Assembly: GCF_009914755.1 (NCBI RefSeq)
Contig: NC_060930.1
Origin: the human T2T-CHM13v2.0 reference genome, Homo sapiens
Reading direction: 5' to 3' (one strand)
Length of the DNA: 64,000 bases
The first letter of the stretch is position 1, and each line of letters starts with the position of its first letter. Shown here piece by piece: positions 48,544 to 64,000 of this stretch. The notes under the pieces were generated by a model, which did no database searches, was not told where the DNA came from, and saw only the letters and a list, made by a program, of their open reading frames with translations. The translations under genes were made by a program, and so were the position numbers.

Positions 48544-48908
48544 TGTGTTAGTCCATTGTCACACTGCTGATAAAGACATTACTGAGACTGGGTAATTTAT
48601 AAAGAAAAATAGGTTTAATGGACTCACAGTTCCACGTGGCTGGCGAGGCCTCATAATCATGATGGAAGGTGAAAGGCACGTCTCACATGGCAGCAGACAA
48701 GAGAAGAGAATGAGAGCCAAGCAAATGGGGTTTCCCCTTATAAAACCAACAGATCTCTTGAGATTTATTTGCTAGCACAAGAACAGTTTGGGGAAAACTG
48801 CCCCCACGATTCAATTATCTCTCCCTGGGTCCCTCCCACAACACAAGGGAATTATGGGAGCTACAATTCAAGATGAGATTTGGATGGGGACACAGCCAAA
48901 CTATGTCA
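48544..48908 (-). mobile_element. THE1C-like LTR
   Basis: tgtgttagtccattgtcacactgctgataaagac...ccaaactatgtca. Confidence 0.88.
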
Positions 48909-49640
48909 CTAATATACCTCATGAAATAGCTAACAAAATATTAGCAAATGGAATCTAGCTATTTAAAGGATTATTCAGGATGATTAAGTGCAATGAATCA
49001 CATGAATACAAAGTTGGTCTAAACATCCAAAAATTACTTTTATGAAATACACAATACAATGAAGAAAATATAATAGCATCATATTAGGCAAAGAAAAGTT
49101 ACTTGACCAAATCAAAACTCAATTTTGATATAAAATTCTCAGCAAATTAAGATAGAAAGGTACTTTGTAAACCTGATAAAGAAGATCTACAAGAAACCTA
49201 CAGATAACATCACACATAATAGAGAAAGACTAAATGCTTTCCTCTCAAAGTAGGGAACAAGGTAAGGATCATTCCTATCATTTTTATTTAACATTAGGTT
49301 TTACCCAGTGCAATAAATAAAATAAATAGAAAATAAAGGCAGCCAGTTTAGAAAGGAAGGAATAAAACTCTCTTTATTCTCAAAAACTTAATATTGTATT
49401 CTCAAGATGTTTACAAAAACAATTCTAGAAATCTTAGTAAGATCATGAGGTACAAGAATATTATATTTCTATATAATGATAAAAACAAATTAAGACAAAA
49501 TGCAATTTGCACTTAGCACCAAAAAATAAAACATGTAAGAATAAACTTAACAAAAGAAATGCAAAATCTTTACACAACAAAATGTAAAACATTAGTGAGA
49601 GAATTTAGAGGATCAAAATAAATAGGAAGATTCATCAAGA
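48909..49640 (+). mobile_element. Old L1M ORF2 (RT region) fragment
   Basis: aacaaaatattagcaaat...ctaaatgctttcctctc...aaaactctctttattctca. Confidence 0.75.
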
Positions 49641-49645
49641 CCAGG

Positions 49646-50318
49646 TGTATTAGTCTATTCTCATGATGCTGGTAAAGACATACCCAAGAAGGGGAGATTT
49701 ACAAAAGAAAGAGGTTTAATGGACTTAAACAGTTTCACGTGGCTGGGGAAGCCTCACAATCATGGTGGAAGTCAAGGAGGAGCAAATCATGTCTTACATG
49801 GATGGCAGCAGGCAAAGAGATCTCGTTAGACATATTTACTATCATGAGAACAGCATGGGAAAGTCCCGCCCCCATGATTCAATTACCCCCAACCAGTTTC
49901 CTCCCACAACATGTAGGAATTGTGGGAGTTACAATTCAAGATGAGGTTTGGGTGGGGACACAGCCAAACCATATCATTCTGCCCCTGGCCCCTCCCAAAT
50001 CTCATGCCCTCACATTTCAAACCCAATCATCCCTTCCTAACAGTCCTCCAAAGTCTTAACTCATTTCAACATTAACTTAAAAGTCTATAATCCAAAGTCT
50101 CATCTGAGACAAGGCAAGTCCTTTCCACCCATGAGCCTGTAAAATCAAAAGGAAGTTAGTTACTTCCTACATATAGTGGAGGTATAGGAATTGGGTAAAT
50201 ATAGCCATTCCAAATGGGAGACATTGGCCAAAACAAAGGGGCTATAGGCCCCACACAGGTTCAAAATCCAGTAGGGCAGTCAAATCTTAAAGCCCCAAAA
50301 TGATCTCCTTTGACTCCA
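49646..50318 (-). mobile_element. THE1B-like 3' LTR (49646-49976) plus truncated THE1 internal sequence
   Basis: LTR ends ccatatca, then ttctgcccctggcccctcc (reverse polypurine tract) and THE1-int text. Confidence 0.85.
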
Positions 50319-51091
50319 TATACAAATGGCCAACAATCATATGAAAAAATCCTCAATATCACTAATTATCAGGGAAATGCAAATGAAAACCACAATGAGA
50401 TACCATCTTACTCCCACAAGAATGGCCATAATCAAAAAATCAAAAAATAATAGATGTTGGCATGGATGTATTGAAAAAATGAACACTTCTACACTGCTGG
50501 TGGGAATGTAAACTAGTATAACCACCATGGAAAACAATGTGGAGATTCCTTAAATAACTAAAAGTAGAAATACCATTTGATCCAGCAATCCCACTACTGG
50601 GTATCTACTCAGAGGAAAAGAAGTCATACAAAAAAGATACTTGCACACTCACGTTTATAGCAGCACAATTTGCAATTGCAAAATGTGGAACCAGCCCAAA
50701 TGCCCATCAATCAACAAGTGGATAAAGAAACACACACAATGGAATACTACTCAGCCATAAAAAGGAATGAATTAATGGCATTCGCAGCAACCTGGACGTA
50801 ATTGGAGACTATTATTCTAAGTGATGTAACTCAGGAACAGAAAACCAAACATATGATCTCACTCATAAGTGGGAGCTAAGTTCTGATGATGCAAAGGCAT
50901 AAGAAGGATAAAATAGACTCTGGGGACTCAGGGGAAAGGGTGGGAAGGGGGTGAGGGATAAAAGTCTACAAATTGGGTCCAGTGTATACTGCTTGGGTGG
51001 TAGTGCTCCAAAATCTCACAAATCACCACTAAAGAACTTAACCAATTACCACCTGTGCCCCAAAAGCCTATGAAAATAAATTTAAAAAAAA
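50319..51091 (+). mobile_element. L1PB 3' end
   Basis: ORF2 C-terminal remnant ([25 protein letters not shown]), L1PB-type 3' UTR and A tail. Confidence 0.88.
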
Positions 51092-51224
51092 TTGGGATAA
51101 ACAGTAAAGAGCATATTTAACAGCCATCTACTGGGCTGAAAAACTACAGACTGCAGGTGCCATAGAAGTTCCACACCCGTGATACCACTGCCCTTTCTGG
51201 GGATCCCCCATGCTTGAGCCACTT

Positions 51225-51856
51225 TGTTACTGGAAAGCAGTCCCAAGCCAGACGCCAAGAGAAGGTTCTTGAAACTTTCACAAGAAAGAATTCAGTGTGA
51301 GTCCATAAAGCAAAGTGAAAGATAGTTAATTAAGAAAATAAGAGAATAAAAGAATGGGTACTTCATAGGCAGAGCAGTGGCATGGGCTGCTCGACTGAAT
51401 ATACTTCTAGTTATTTCTTGATTATATGCTAAACAAGGGGTGGATTATTTATGAGTTTTCTGGGAAAGGAGCAGAGATTTTCCAGAACTGAGAGCTCCTC
51501 CTCTCTTTAGACTATATAAGGTAACTTCCAGACATTGTCATGGTTTTTGTAAACTGTTATGGTGCTGGTGATAGTGTCTTTTAGCATAATGCATTATAAT
51601 TAGCGTATAAGGAGCGATGAGGACAACCAGAGATCACTTGCATCGCCATCTTGGTTTTGGTGGGTTTTGACCGGTTGCTATACCACATCCTGTTTTATCA
51701 GCAAAGTCTTTGTGACCTGTACCTTGTACTGACTTCCCATCTCATCCTGTGACTAAGAATGTCTAGCCTCCTAGGAATACAGCCCAGTAGGTCTCAGCCT
51801 TATTCTACCCAGCCGCTATTCAAGATGGAGTCACTCTGGTTTGAAAGCCTCTGACA
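51225..51856 (-). mobile_element. MER41B-like ERV1 solo LTR
   Basis: TGTTAC...caagatggagtcactctggtttgaaagcctCTGACA; 4-bp TSD actt/actg; GAS TTCTGGGAA 51458-51466. Confidence 0.88.
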
Positions 51857-53663
51857 ACTGCATCACCAGATCACACACAGAAAAACCCCATAGTTCCCTC
51901 TGACTTCGGCAAGCACAGAGAACTGGTGGGTCCAGGTAGTAATGGATTGCCTGGTGACTACCCTTTGGTGCTGACTGCCCCTAAGGGAATACAGAAAGCA
52001 CAGCTTGCCAAAGCCCCCTTTAGGACAAAGGAAACATGAGTCTAAGTGCCAGTAGCTGAAAGGGACACCACCAAGGCCAAGGAATGGATTTGGAGAGAGA
52101 GTCATGTCTTGTCTTCCACCACTCCTCACCAGAACACTGCTTCAGATGCACTAAAGTAAAAACGGGCAAATACGGTGAGTAAGAGCCTATCTTACGGTGA
52201 GTAAGAGCCTATCTGCTGGCTCTCACTATTAAGTGCTACCAACTGGAAGGCAGCCTGAATTGTATCACGAAACAAAATTACATTGCTACAACAAGCAACA
52301 TCTTAGAAAGCCACTGCATGAACCTAACTGCAAACAAGGAACCTATACAGAGCCTTGGCACCCTAAAAGCATCTAGAAATCAAGCCAATTGATCAGACAT
52401 CATATACACCACTGTTGTATCCCTAAGGGGACAAAGATTTAAAAATAAAGAAAATCCATCCAAATGATAGCAAATTAAAAAAGAGAGAAGAATCAGCTAT
52501 TTCAGATGAGAAAAAACTAGTGCAAGAACTCTGGACATAAAAAAGCCAGAGCATTTTATCACCTCCAAAGAACCCCACTAGCTCCCAAGCAATGGATCCT
52601 AAAAAAGGAAATGTCAGAAATGACAGACATAGAATTCAGAATATGGATGGCCAAAAAAACTCAACCAGATTCAAGAGAAAAATTAAATCCAACAAAAATA
52701 ACCTAGAAAAATGATCCAAGTTTTGAAAGATGACATACGTTTATTAAGAAAGAACTAAGCAGAATTTCTGGAATTGAAAAATTTATGACAGAAATTTCAA
52801 ATTACAGTTGGAAGCCTTAACAACAGACCAGACCATGCAGAAAAAAGAATTTCTCAGTTCAAAGACCATTCCTTCAAGTCAACCCAGTCAGACAAAAATA
52901 AAGAAAAAATATTTAAAAAAATCAACAAAGCCTTTAAGAAATACGGAATTATGTAAAACAATCAATCTTGTGATTCACTGGCATTCATGAGAGAGAAGAC
53001 AATGTAAGCAACTTGGAAAACATATTTAAGGATATAGTCTATGAAATTTCCCCAAGCTTGCTAGAGAATTCAATAATACACAAAAAATTCAGAGAACTCC
53101 TGTGAGATATTACACAAGATGACAAACCTGAAAGCATATAGTCATCAGATTTTCTAAAGTGAACATGAAAGAAACAAACTTAAAGGCAGCTAAAGAAAAG
53201 AGCCATATCACCTATAAAGGGATGTCCATCAGTCTAACAGCAGACTTCACAACAGAAATTGTACAAGTCGGAAGAGATTGTGGGCCTGTTTGTAGCAATC
53301 TTAAAGAAAATAAAGTCCAACTAAAAATTTCATATTCCACCAAACTAAGCTTCATAAATGAAGCAAAAATAAAGTCTTTCCCAGGTAAGCAATCACTAGC
53401 AGAATCTGTTACTACCAGACCAGCCATATAAGAGATGCTGAGAGTTCTAAACACAGAAATGAAGGAACAATATCTGCTACCACCAAAACATATATAAGTA
53501 CAACGCCCACAGATGCAACAAAGCAACCACACAATGGAGATTACAAAGCAACAGCTAACAACACCATAACCTCACATAAAAGTACTAACCTTCAATGTAA
53601 ACACTCAAAACACTCCACTTAAAAGACACAGACTAGCAAATTGTATTTAGAAAACAATATCCA

Positions 53664-53998
<335 letters not shown>

Positions 53999-54031
53999 TC
54001 ACATGGAATGACACTCACAGGCTTAAGGTAA

Positions 54032-54405
<374 letters not shown>

Positions 54406-55265
54406 AGGATCCCTATTCTTATATCAGATAAAACAAACTTTAAACCAGAAACAGTATAAAAGGACAAAAGGAAAATACATAATGATGAAGGATTTAATGC
54501 AATAAAAAATTTTAAATATATACACAACCATCATTAGAGCACTCAGATGTATAAAGCAATTACTACTAGATCCAAAAAAAGACTTAGATAGCCTTTTTTG
54601 AAGTCCCTCCACACAATAATAGTGGAGGGACTTGAACACCCCATTGCAGCATTAGACAGATCATGGAGGCAGAAAACTAATGAAGAAATTCTGGACTTAA
54701 AGTCAATATTTGATATCTACAAAATACTCCACCCAACAACCACAGAATATACATTCTTCTCATCTAGACATGGAACATATTATAAAATTGACCACATGCT
54801 CAGTCATAAAGCAAATCTCAAGAAATTAAAAAAAAATTGAAATCATATCAAGTATCCTCTTGCACCACAGTAGAATAGGAATAGAAATCAATACCAAGAA
54901 GAACTCTCAGAACCATGCAAATACTTTCCAAGGATAGAAGGTAAACAATTTGCTCCTGAATTACTTTTGGGTAAACAATGAAAGGTGGAAATTTAAAAAT
55001 TCTTCAAAACAAATGAACATAGTGACACAAAGTACCAAAATTTCTGGAATGCAGAAAAAGCAGTGTTGAGAGCAAAATGTATAGTGCTGAACACCTACAT
55101 CAAGATGATAGAAAGATCTCAACAACCTAACATCACACCTAAATGAATTTGAAAAACAAAAACAAAGTAAGCCCAAATCTAGCATATGAAAATAAATAAT
55201 TAAAATCAGAGCAAAACTAAATGAAATTGAGACCTAAAAAAAAAAATTAAATAAAACCCAACTAA

Positions 55266-55616
<351 letters not shown>

Positions 55617-55929
55617 TAAAAATAATCAATAGATGGCTAGCTAGATTAACAAAGAAAAAAAGATCCAAAAAACCACAATCAGAAATGACAAAGATGGCTT
55701 TACAACAGATTCCACAGAAATACAAATGATCCTCAGAGGCTACTATGAACATTTCTAAGATAATGCTTCCCTTGTAACTCTTTCAAGTCGTGGCCATTTT
55801 TTTTCTCGCTAGTGGGGTTTCGCCTTCCTTTTTTCTTATTGCTCCTTTCAGATTATTAGCCCACTCTCCTCCATAAAAACACTCAGTTTTGAGTTTCATG
55901 TCATCTATCCCTATCGCCCATTATCTATT

Positions 55930-56387
55930 TATTTTTATTATTATTATTATTATTCCTCTTTTTCCTGAGACAAGGTCTCACTCTGTCATTCTGTTGCCCA
56001 GGCTTACGTGCAGTGGCACTCTCACAGCTCACTGCAGGCTCGAACTCCTAGGCTCAGGCGATCCTCCCACTCTAGCCTCCTGAGTAGCTGGAACTACAGG
56101 CACATGCCACCAGGCTTGGCTAATTTTTAAATTTTGTACAGACAGTGTCCCCTTTTGTTGCACAGGCTGGTCTCAAACTCCTAGGCTCAAGCAATCCTCC
56201 CACCCTAGCCTCCTGAGTAGCTGGAACTACAGGCATGTGCCACCATGCTTGGCTAATTTTTTTACTATGTACAGACAGGGGCCCCTTCTGTTGCCCAGGC
56301 TGGTCTCAAACTCCTAGGCTCAAGCGATCCTCCCACCTCAGCCCCACAAAGCACAGAAATTATAAGCATAAGCCATAGCACCCAGCC
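55930..56387 (-). mobile_element. AluJ with internal 133-bp duplication (three-arm Alu)
   Basis: actcctaggctca recurs at 56044, 56177 and 56310; TSD CATTATCTATT. Confidence 0.9.
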
Positions 56388-58336
56388 TTCATTATCTATT
56401 CTTACTGTAATTAATGACCAACTCCTAGGTCAATCCTCTCATTTCTCAAAAGATTTTAGCCTCTTGATTATGAAAGGATAAAGTAAGCACATACCATTCT
56501 ATTACTCCCATTAATTACAACTAAAAACCCTAAGTAAAATAAACTATCAGAGGATTCCGAAAGGTAGAGAAAAGAAGGAAGACTGGCCAGAGATCACAGA
56601 ATTTTAGGAATAACCCAGTAGTGAGTTCTCTGGGGTTTTTTCCTCCCATCTTATATATCCAAATCTGGCACTAGAGAAATCTACACTTGAAAATTCCAAC
56701 ATGCCCAGACTTTGAAAAGCCTTAAGAAGGGTCTTTTCTCCCTAGACAAAGACTAGGAATACAAAGGCCCTACAGAACCAAATCTATTTGTACTCTACCC
56801 ACTCTACTACAGTCAAACCCAAAGAAGAAGCCACATTCTGCCTCCTGCACACTGGGTACTGCAGAGCCAACGTGTTTCAGCCTGTTTAACCATCCCTACG
56901 CTACATGAGCACAGAGGTGGCATCCCATCCCCCACCACACACACTGAGCCCTTTTAAGACTGTGAGGTAGAGTCCTGTCAGTCGTCCCCACCCTGCATTA
57001 ACAGGAGCAGAGGCAGCGCCTGTTTCTCTCTTTCCCATTCTGCATTAAGTGAACAGTTGCAAAGAGGTTGCACACACCATCCCCTCCCCATTACAGAATG
57101 AGGTAAAGAGTACACAGAGGAGTCTAAATGGGGTTGGAGGGTGAATTTTTTAAATCTGTGTATAAATTACTAAGCAAATCCTAAGTGACTCATGCATAAA
57201 ATCAAAAAGAATCAACACAACAAAAGCTGTGAGAACTGAATTACAGAGTGAATACGGCTCATATTTTAAATTGACCTCTAAGTAGCACATAGAGAGGCAG
57301 ACCAGAATTTTATTTCATAGGTTTTGAAAACTAAATTGACTTTCAAACTATAGCTCACAAAATTGGATTGGACATGTGTTACAAGTTTAGGAAACAACTT
57401 TCCTAACTTTCCTAAATATGGTTGACTGCCTCCAACCATATTTAGACTCCTCTGTGTACTCTTTACTTTGCCCAGAAGATTTATGTAGGAACCAGAGTCT
57501 CAAAAAATATAAATATCTAGGATAAAATCCAAAAGTATTTGTCATACCAAAAACCCAGGAGTCCTCAACTTGAGTGAAAAATGACAACAAATGCTAACAC
57601 CAGGATGGCACAAATGTTGGAATTCTCTAACAAAGATTTTAAAGCAGTCATCATAAAAATACTCCAAGAAGCAATTATAAACACCTTTAAAACAAATGGA
57701 AAAATAGCCTCAGCAAAGAAATTAAAGATATAAATAATAATTTTAAAAATTTCACAATGGAAAAATGTAACAAATTTTTAAAAACTCACTAGATGGGCTC
57801 AAAAGCAGAAAACAGAAGAAATAACCAATGATCTTGAAGATAGGTCAATAGAAGTTATATAATTTAGCATCATAAGGAAAATAGATGAAAAAATGATCAG
57901 AAACTCAGGGATCTGTGGAAAGGCAACAAAAGATCTAACATTTATGTCACTGGGGCAAAAAACAAAAGAATGAGTGTGGAATAGAAACACATTTTTTAAA
58001 AAAATAGTGGCTGAAACATTTTAAAATTTGGTGAAAAACATATACAGATTTAAGAAGCTGTGTGAATGCCACAGAAAATAAATCCAAAATCAGAAATTTA
58101 ACTTTAATATAACATCATACAAAGTATATTCTCTGACAATGATGGAATTACGTATAAATTAATCACAAAAAAAAAGAAAATCTCCAAACTCTGGAAAATT
58201 AAATAACACACTTAAAAATAATTCACAGCTCGATGAGCAAGTCTAAGGGAAATTTTAAATAGTGTATATTGGACTGAATTAAAAGGAAATGACATATCAA
58301 AATCTGTTGGATACAGCTGAAAGAATGTTTAAAGGG

Positions 58337-59099
58337 CAGACACTTCTCAAAAGAAGACATTAATGCGGCCAACAAATATATGAAAAAAAGCTTAACATCA
58401 CCGATCCTTAGAGAAATGCAAATCGAAAACACAATGAGATACCATCTCATGCCAGTCAGAATGGCGATTGTTAAAAAGTCAAGAAATAACAGATGCTGGT
58501 GAGGTTGCAGAGAAATAGGAATGCTTTTACACTATACGTGGGAATATAAATTAGCTCAACCACTGTGGAAGACAGTGTGGCAATTCCTCAAAAATCTAGA
58601 AACAGAAATACCATTTGACCCAGCAATCTCATTACTGGGTATATACCCAAAGGAATATAAATCATTCTATTACAAAGATATATGTGTACGTTCATTATAG
58701 CACTATTCACAATAGCAAAGACATGGAATCAACATAAATGCCCATCAGTGATAGACTGGATAAAGAAAATGTGGCATATATACATCATGGAATACTAAGC
58801 AGCCATAAAAAGGAATGAGATCATGTTCTTTGCAGGGACATAGATGGAACTGAAAGCAATTACCCTCAGCAAACTAATGCAGTAACAGAAAACCAAACAC
58901 CACATGCTCTCACCTATAAGTGGGAACTGAACAATAAGAACACATGCATTAAGAAAAATAGCTAATGCATGCTGGGGTTAATACCTAGGTAATGGGTTGA
59001 TAGGTGCAGCAAAACACCATGGCACATGTTTACCTATGTAACAAACCTGCACATCCTGCACATGTACCCCAGAACTTAAAATAAAAATAAAAATGTAAA
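58337..59099 (+). mobile_element. 5'-truncated L1PA (PA8-PA10 class) 3' end
   Basis: 17-bp TSD AAAGAATGTTTAAAGGG (58320-58336, 59100-59116); the G-rich part of the 3' UTR appears deleted. Confidence 0.9.
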
Positions 59100-59137
59100 A
59101 AAGAATGTTTAAAGGGAATATATAAAACACTAGACAC

Positions 59138-59465
<328 letters not shown>

Positions 59466-60097
59466 CTAGACACTTACATCAGAAAAAAAAAAAAGAAATC
59501 TCAAATCAATAATCCAAGTTTCCACTTCAAGACACTAGCAAAAGAAGAGCAAAATAAATACAAAGTAAAGAGGAGCAAACAAATAAGAAGAGAAATCAAT
59601 GAGATTGAAAACAAAAATAATAGAGAAAATAAATAAAACCCAAAGCTAATTTTAACAGTGTCCAGTAAGATTGATGGACTTCCAATAAGACAAAGAAAAA
59701 AAGAGAGGGCAAATTATCAAAATCAAGAATGGAAGAGGAGATATCACTACAGACCCCACAAACATTAAAAGGATGAGAAGGGGATGCTGCAAAGAACTCT
59801 GCAAACATAAGTTCAACAACTTGGATGAAATGCATAAAATCCTTTAAAATTGCAAACTACCAATATGCATCCAAGATGAAAGAGATCATCTGAACAGTCC
59901 TATAACAACTTAAAAGTTTGAATTTGCAGTTTAAAAACCGCTTGAAATAGAAGTTTCCAAACTCATACAGTTTCACTGTAAATTTTACTAAACATTTAAA
60001 GAAATGACACCAGTTCTATATAATCTATTCCAGAAAACAGAAAAGGAGGAAACACTTCTCAACCCATTTTATAAGGCCAGCATTATATGACACATAA

Positions 60098-60854
<757 letters not shown>

Positions 60855-61754
60855 CTCTGGCTTGTCTTTCAAAGAAAAAAAAAGCCTCCATTACAGCTTG
60901 CCAGCTGCAAGGGAGAAATTAAGGGGGAAAAAATGCTAACTTCCTCAACTCTTGCACCAATTACCAAAAAACCCCAGAATTTATTGTTCTAGTTTATCTT
61001 AATGTTCTGTTTTTAGAAATCCAAGCATTCTAAATCCCAGACATTTGACTTTAAAGAGTCTCTGTACCAGCAGAAGTTATATTCAACATTTTGTGTGTGT
61101 GCACACAGTTTTTATCAAATTATTTTAGTCTGTGATTCCCTCACCACACTGAATGGAGGAGTATTATGTTCTTCCATGAAGTTAGAATTTAGAGCAACAT
61201 CTTGCTAAATAGAAGCTATATCAATGTAAACTGTCAAATGCCAAGTATTTGTTGGTATATTTAGAAAGAGAAAGAAATACAAAACAATTAACATTAAAGA
61301 CTTTAATTAATATATGGTTTATAGTTAAGTCCAGATATGGTCCAATCTTCTATACCTTCTTCATATTGGAGACTGTATACTATAAATGAATAGTCATAAT
61401 CTTGAACTTAAATCATTGCAAAATTATGCATTTACATTTACATTATCAAATAAAAATTATATTATGCCAATATAGTTTAGTGTTAATTTGAATTTCAATT
61501 ATTAGAAAACGGGTAACCCATGAATTGCCTATTTATAGGTTTTCTGCATTGCCTTCTCAAGTATAATATTCTGCCTAATCACCAGGAGATTCCTTATAAG
61601 CAGGAAGAACAAAACTCAGGACTGCTTTGTCTATTCTCCGAGTCTTTAGAGTTGGTTGGTTGTAGCTGATGCACGCTAAATGTGAGGCTTGGGGTCTCCT
61701 GGTCAGCACACTGGGGTCCCATTGTTACCTGCACCTCCGAGATTACCAAGGTCA

Positions 61755-61870
61755 GTCTCTTCCTCCCTCTCTACCCCTCACTCTCCTCTCTCCCTCCCTC
61801 CCTTCCTTCCTCCGTTCTTTCCTTCCTTCCTTCTCTCTCTCTCTCACACACACACACCCTCCACACACAC
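61755..61870. repeat. (CCTT/CT)n-(CA)n compound simple repeat upstream of RSPH4A
   Basis: Direct reading. Confidence 0.85.
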
Positions 61871-61949
61871 GCTTCATGAATACACTGTCCCTCCACTAAC
61901 GCACGACTCGCTCCTCACAGCACAACTTGGATCAGTCTCAGACCCCTAA

Positions 61950-63031
<1,082 letters not shown>

Positions 63032-63468
63032 TAAGTCTCAGAGGGAAAAAAGATAAATGTTTGGCAAAGCAAGAGGGTGTGTGAGTATCTCTGTGTGAGA
63101 GTGTGTTTCTGTGGGTGAATCAAAATATATTTGAAAGATTGTGTTAGTAAAAGAGAGTTAATGACATAACTCTGGATCACATGACTCAAAACAGGTCATT
63201 AATGGAGATTCTTGTACCTTCTTTTTCTTAACCTTTTTTTTTTTTTGTCCTTTTCCTCCAGCTTCTTTAAAGACCCTAGGCACACAACAAAATAAAACTT
63301 AGGAATTATGGAATCTCGGGCTTGAAAAAGACCATAAAGACCATAAAGTCCAAGCATCTCTCCAGGATGCTTGTGAAAAATAATTGTCTACCAGTGAAAG
63401 CAATCACGTCTCTCATCTGTAGATGCTATTGCTTGCATGGCTTTTGAGTTCCCAACCCAGGCAGTGCT

Positions 63469-63560
63469 AGGGTGACCACCATCTCAGTTTGGCTGAGCGC
63501 TGAAAGTTCTTTATCCTAAGAAACCCCTTAGTCCTCGCAAACTCGGAGAATTGGTCACTA
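63469..63560. mobile_element. MER94-like hAT-Blackjack MITE
   Basis: agggtgacca...tggtcacta terminal inverted repeats. Confidence 0.6.
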
Positions 63561-63719
63561 TACAAGCTACCTGGAACACATGCCATTTTATCCAAGTCTC
63601 TTAAAATGTGATGATCAATAGTCTACATATGTTCTGCCCATCCCATTATAGCTTTAATTTTAGAACTTATGACATGTATAGATTTCTATAGATTTTTTGC
63701 TTCCAGAGTTACATAATGA

Positions 63720-63900
63720 TAGGGTCAGTAGAATTTTAGGGCTAGAAGGGCTTTTGGAAAACATCTAATACAACTCATTTGTTTTTGTAAATGAGGAGAC
63801 CAAGTCATGGAGAACCTAATTTGCTCAAGATTCCAGTGGCTAACAACACTTACCGACTCTTACCTCTCCCTCCATCACTAAGCTCTAGCCCCATGGCTGT
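63720..63900 (-). mobile_element. MIR fragment
   Basis: gaattttagggctagaagggc...tttttgtaaatgaggagaccaag. Confidence 0.55.
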
Positions 63901-64000
63901 TCCCTCTGCCCAGAAGGCTTCTTTTCTAAGTCTTTGGCTGGCTGGCTCCTCATTCTTCAGAACTCAGCTTCCATGGAACACTACTAAAAAGCTTATTCTT

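Overview
Human genomic DNA (Alu/L1/ERV-rich). The gene content matches the 6q22.1 interval CALHM4 - RWDD1 - RSPH4A; this identification is from memory of the proteins, not a database search. All three genes are on the + strand. The window holds the last two coding exons of CALHM4/FAM26D (1-65, 3538-3924), the complete 7-exon RWDD1 CDS (17294-38807; exons sum to 732 nt = 243 aa + stop, all GT-AG, phases consistent) and exon 1 of RSPH4A (62345-63030). Nearly all other ORF-track entries are chance ORFs in Alu, L1, MaLR/ERV or low-complexity sequence. 48.5-60.9 kb is a nested stack of transposons. No new system can be proven from sequence alone. The best leads are: (1) an out-of-frame uORF overlapping the RWDD1 start codon plus a candidate poison exon, both pointing to an RWD-less isoform from Met97; (2) a chain of exon-like, phase-compatible segments at 40.7-47.4 kb that may be a decayed multi-exon gene; (3) a MER41B LTR keeping one intact GAS motif; (4) several templated rearrangements (38-bp inverted copy, fold-back palindrome, triplicated TSD, three-arm Alu).
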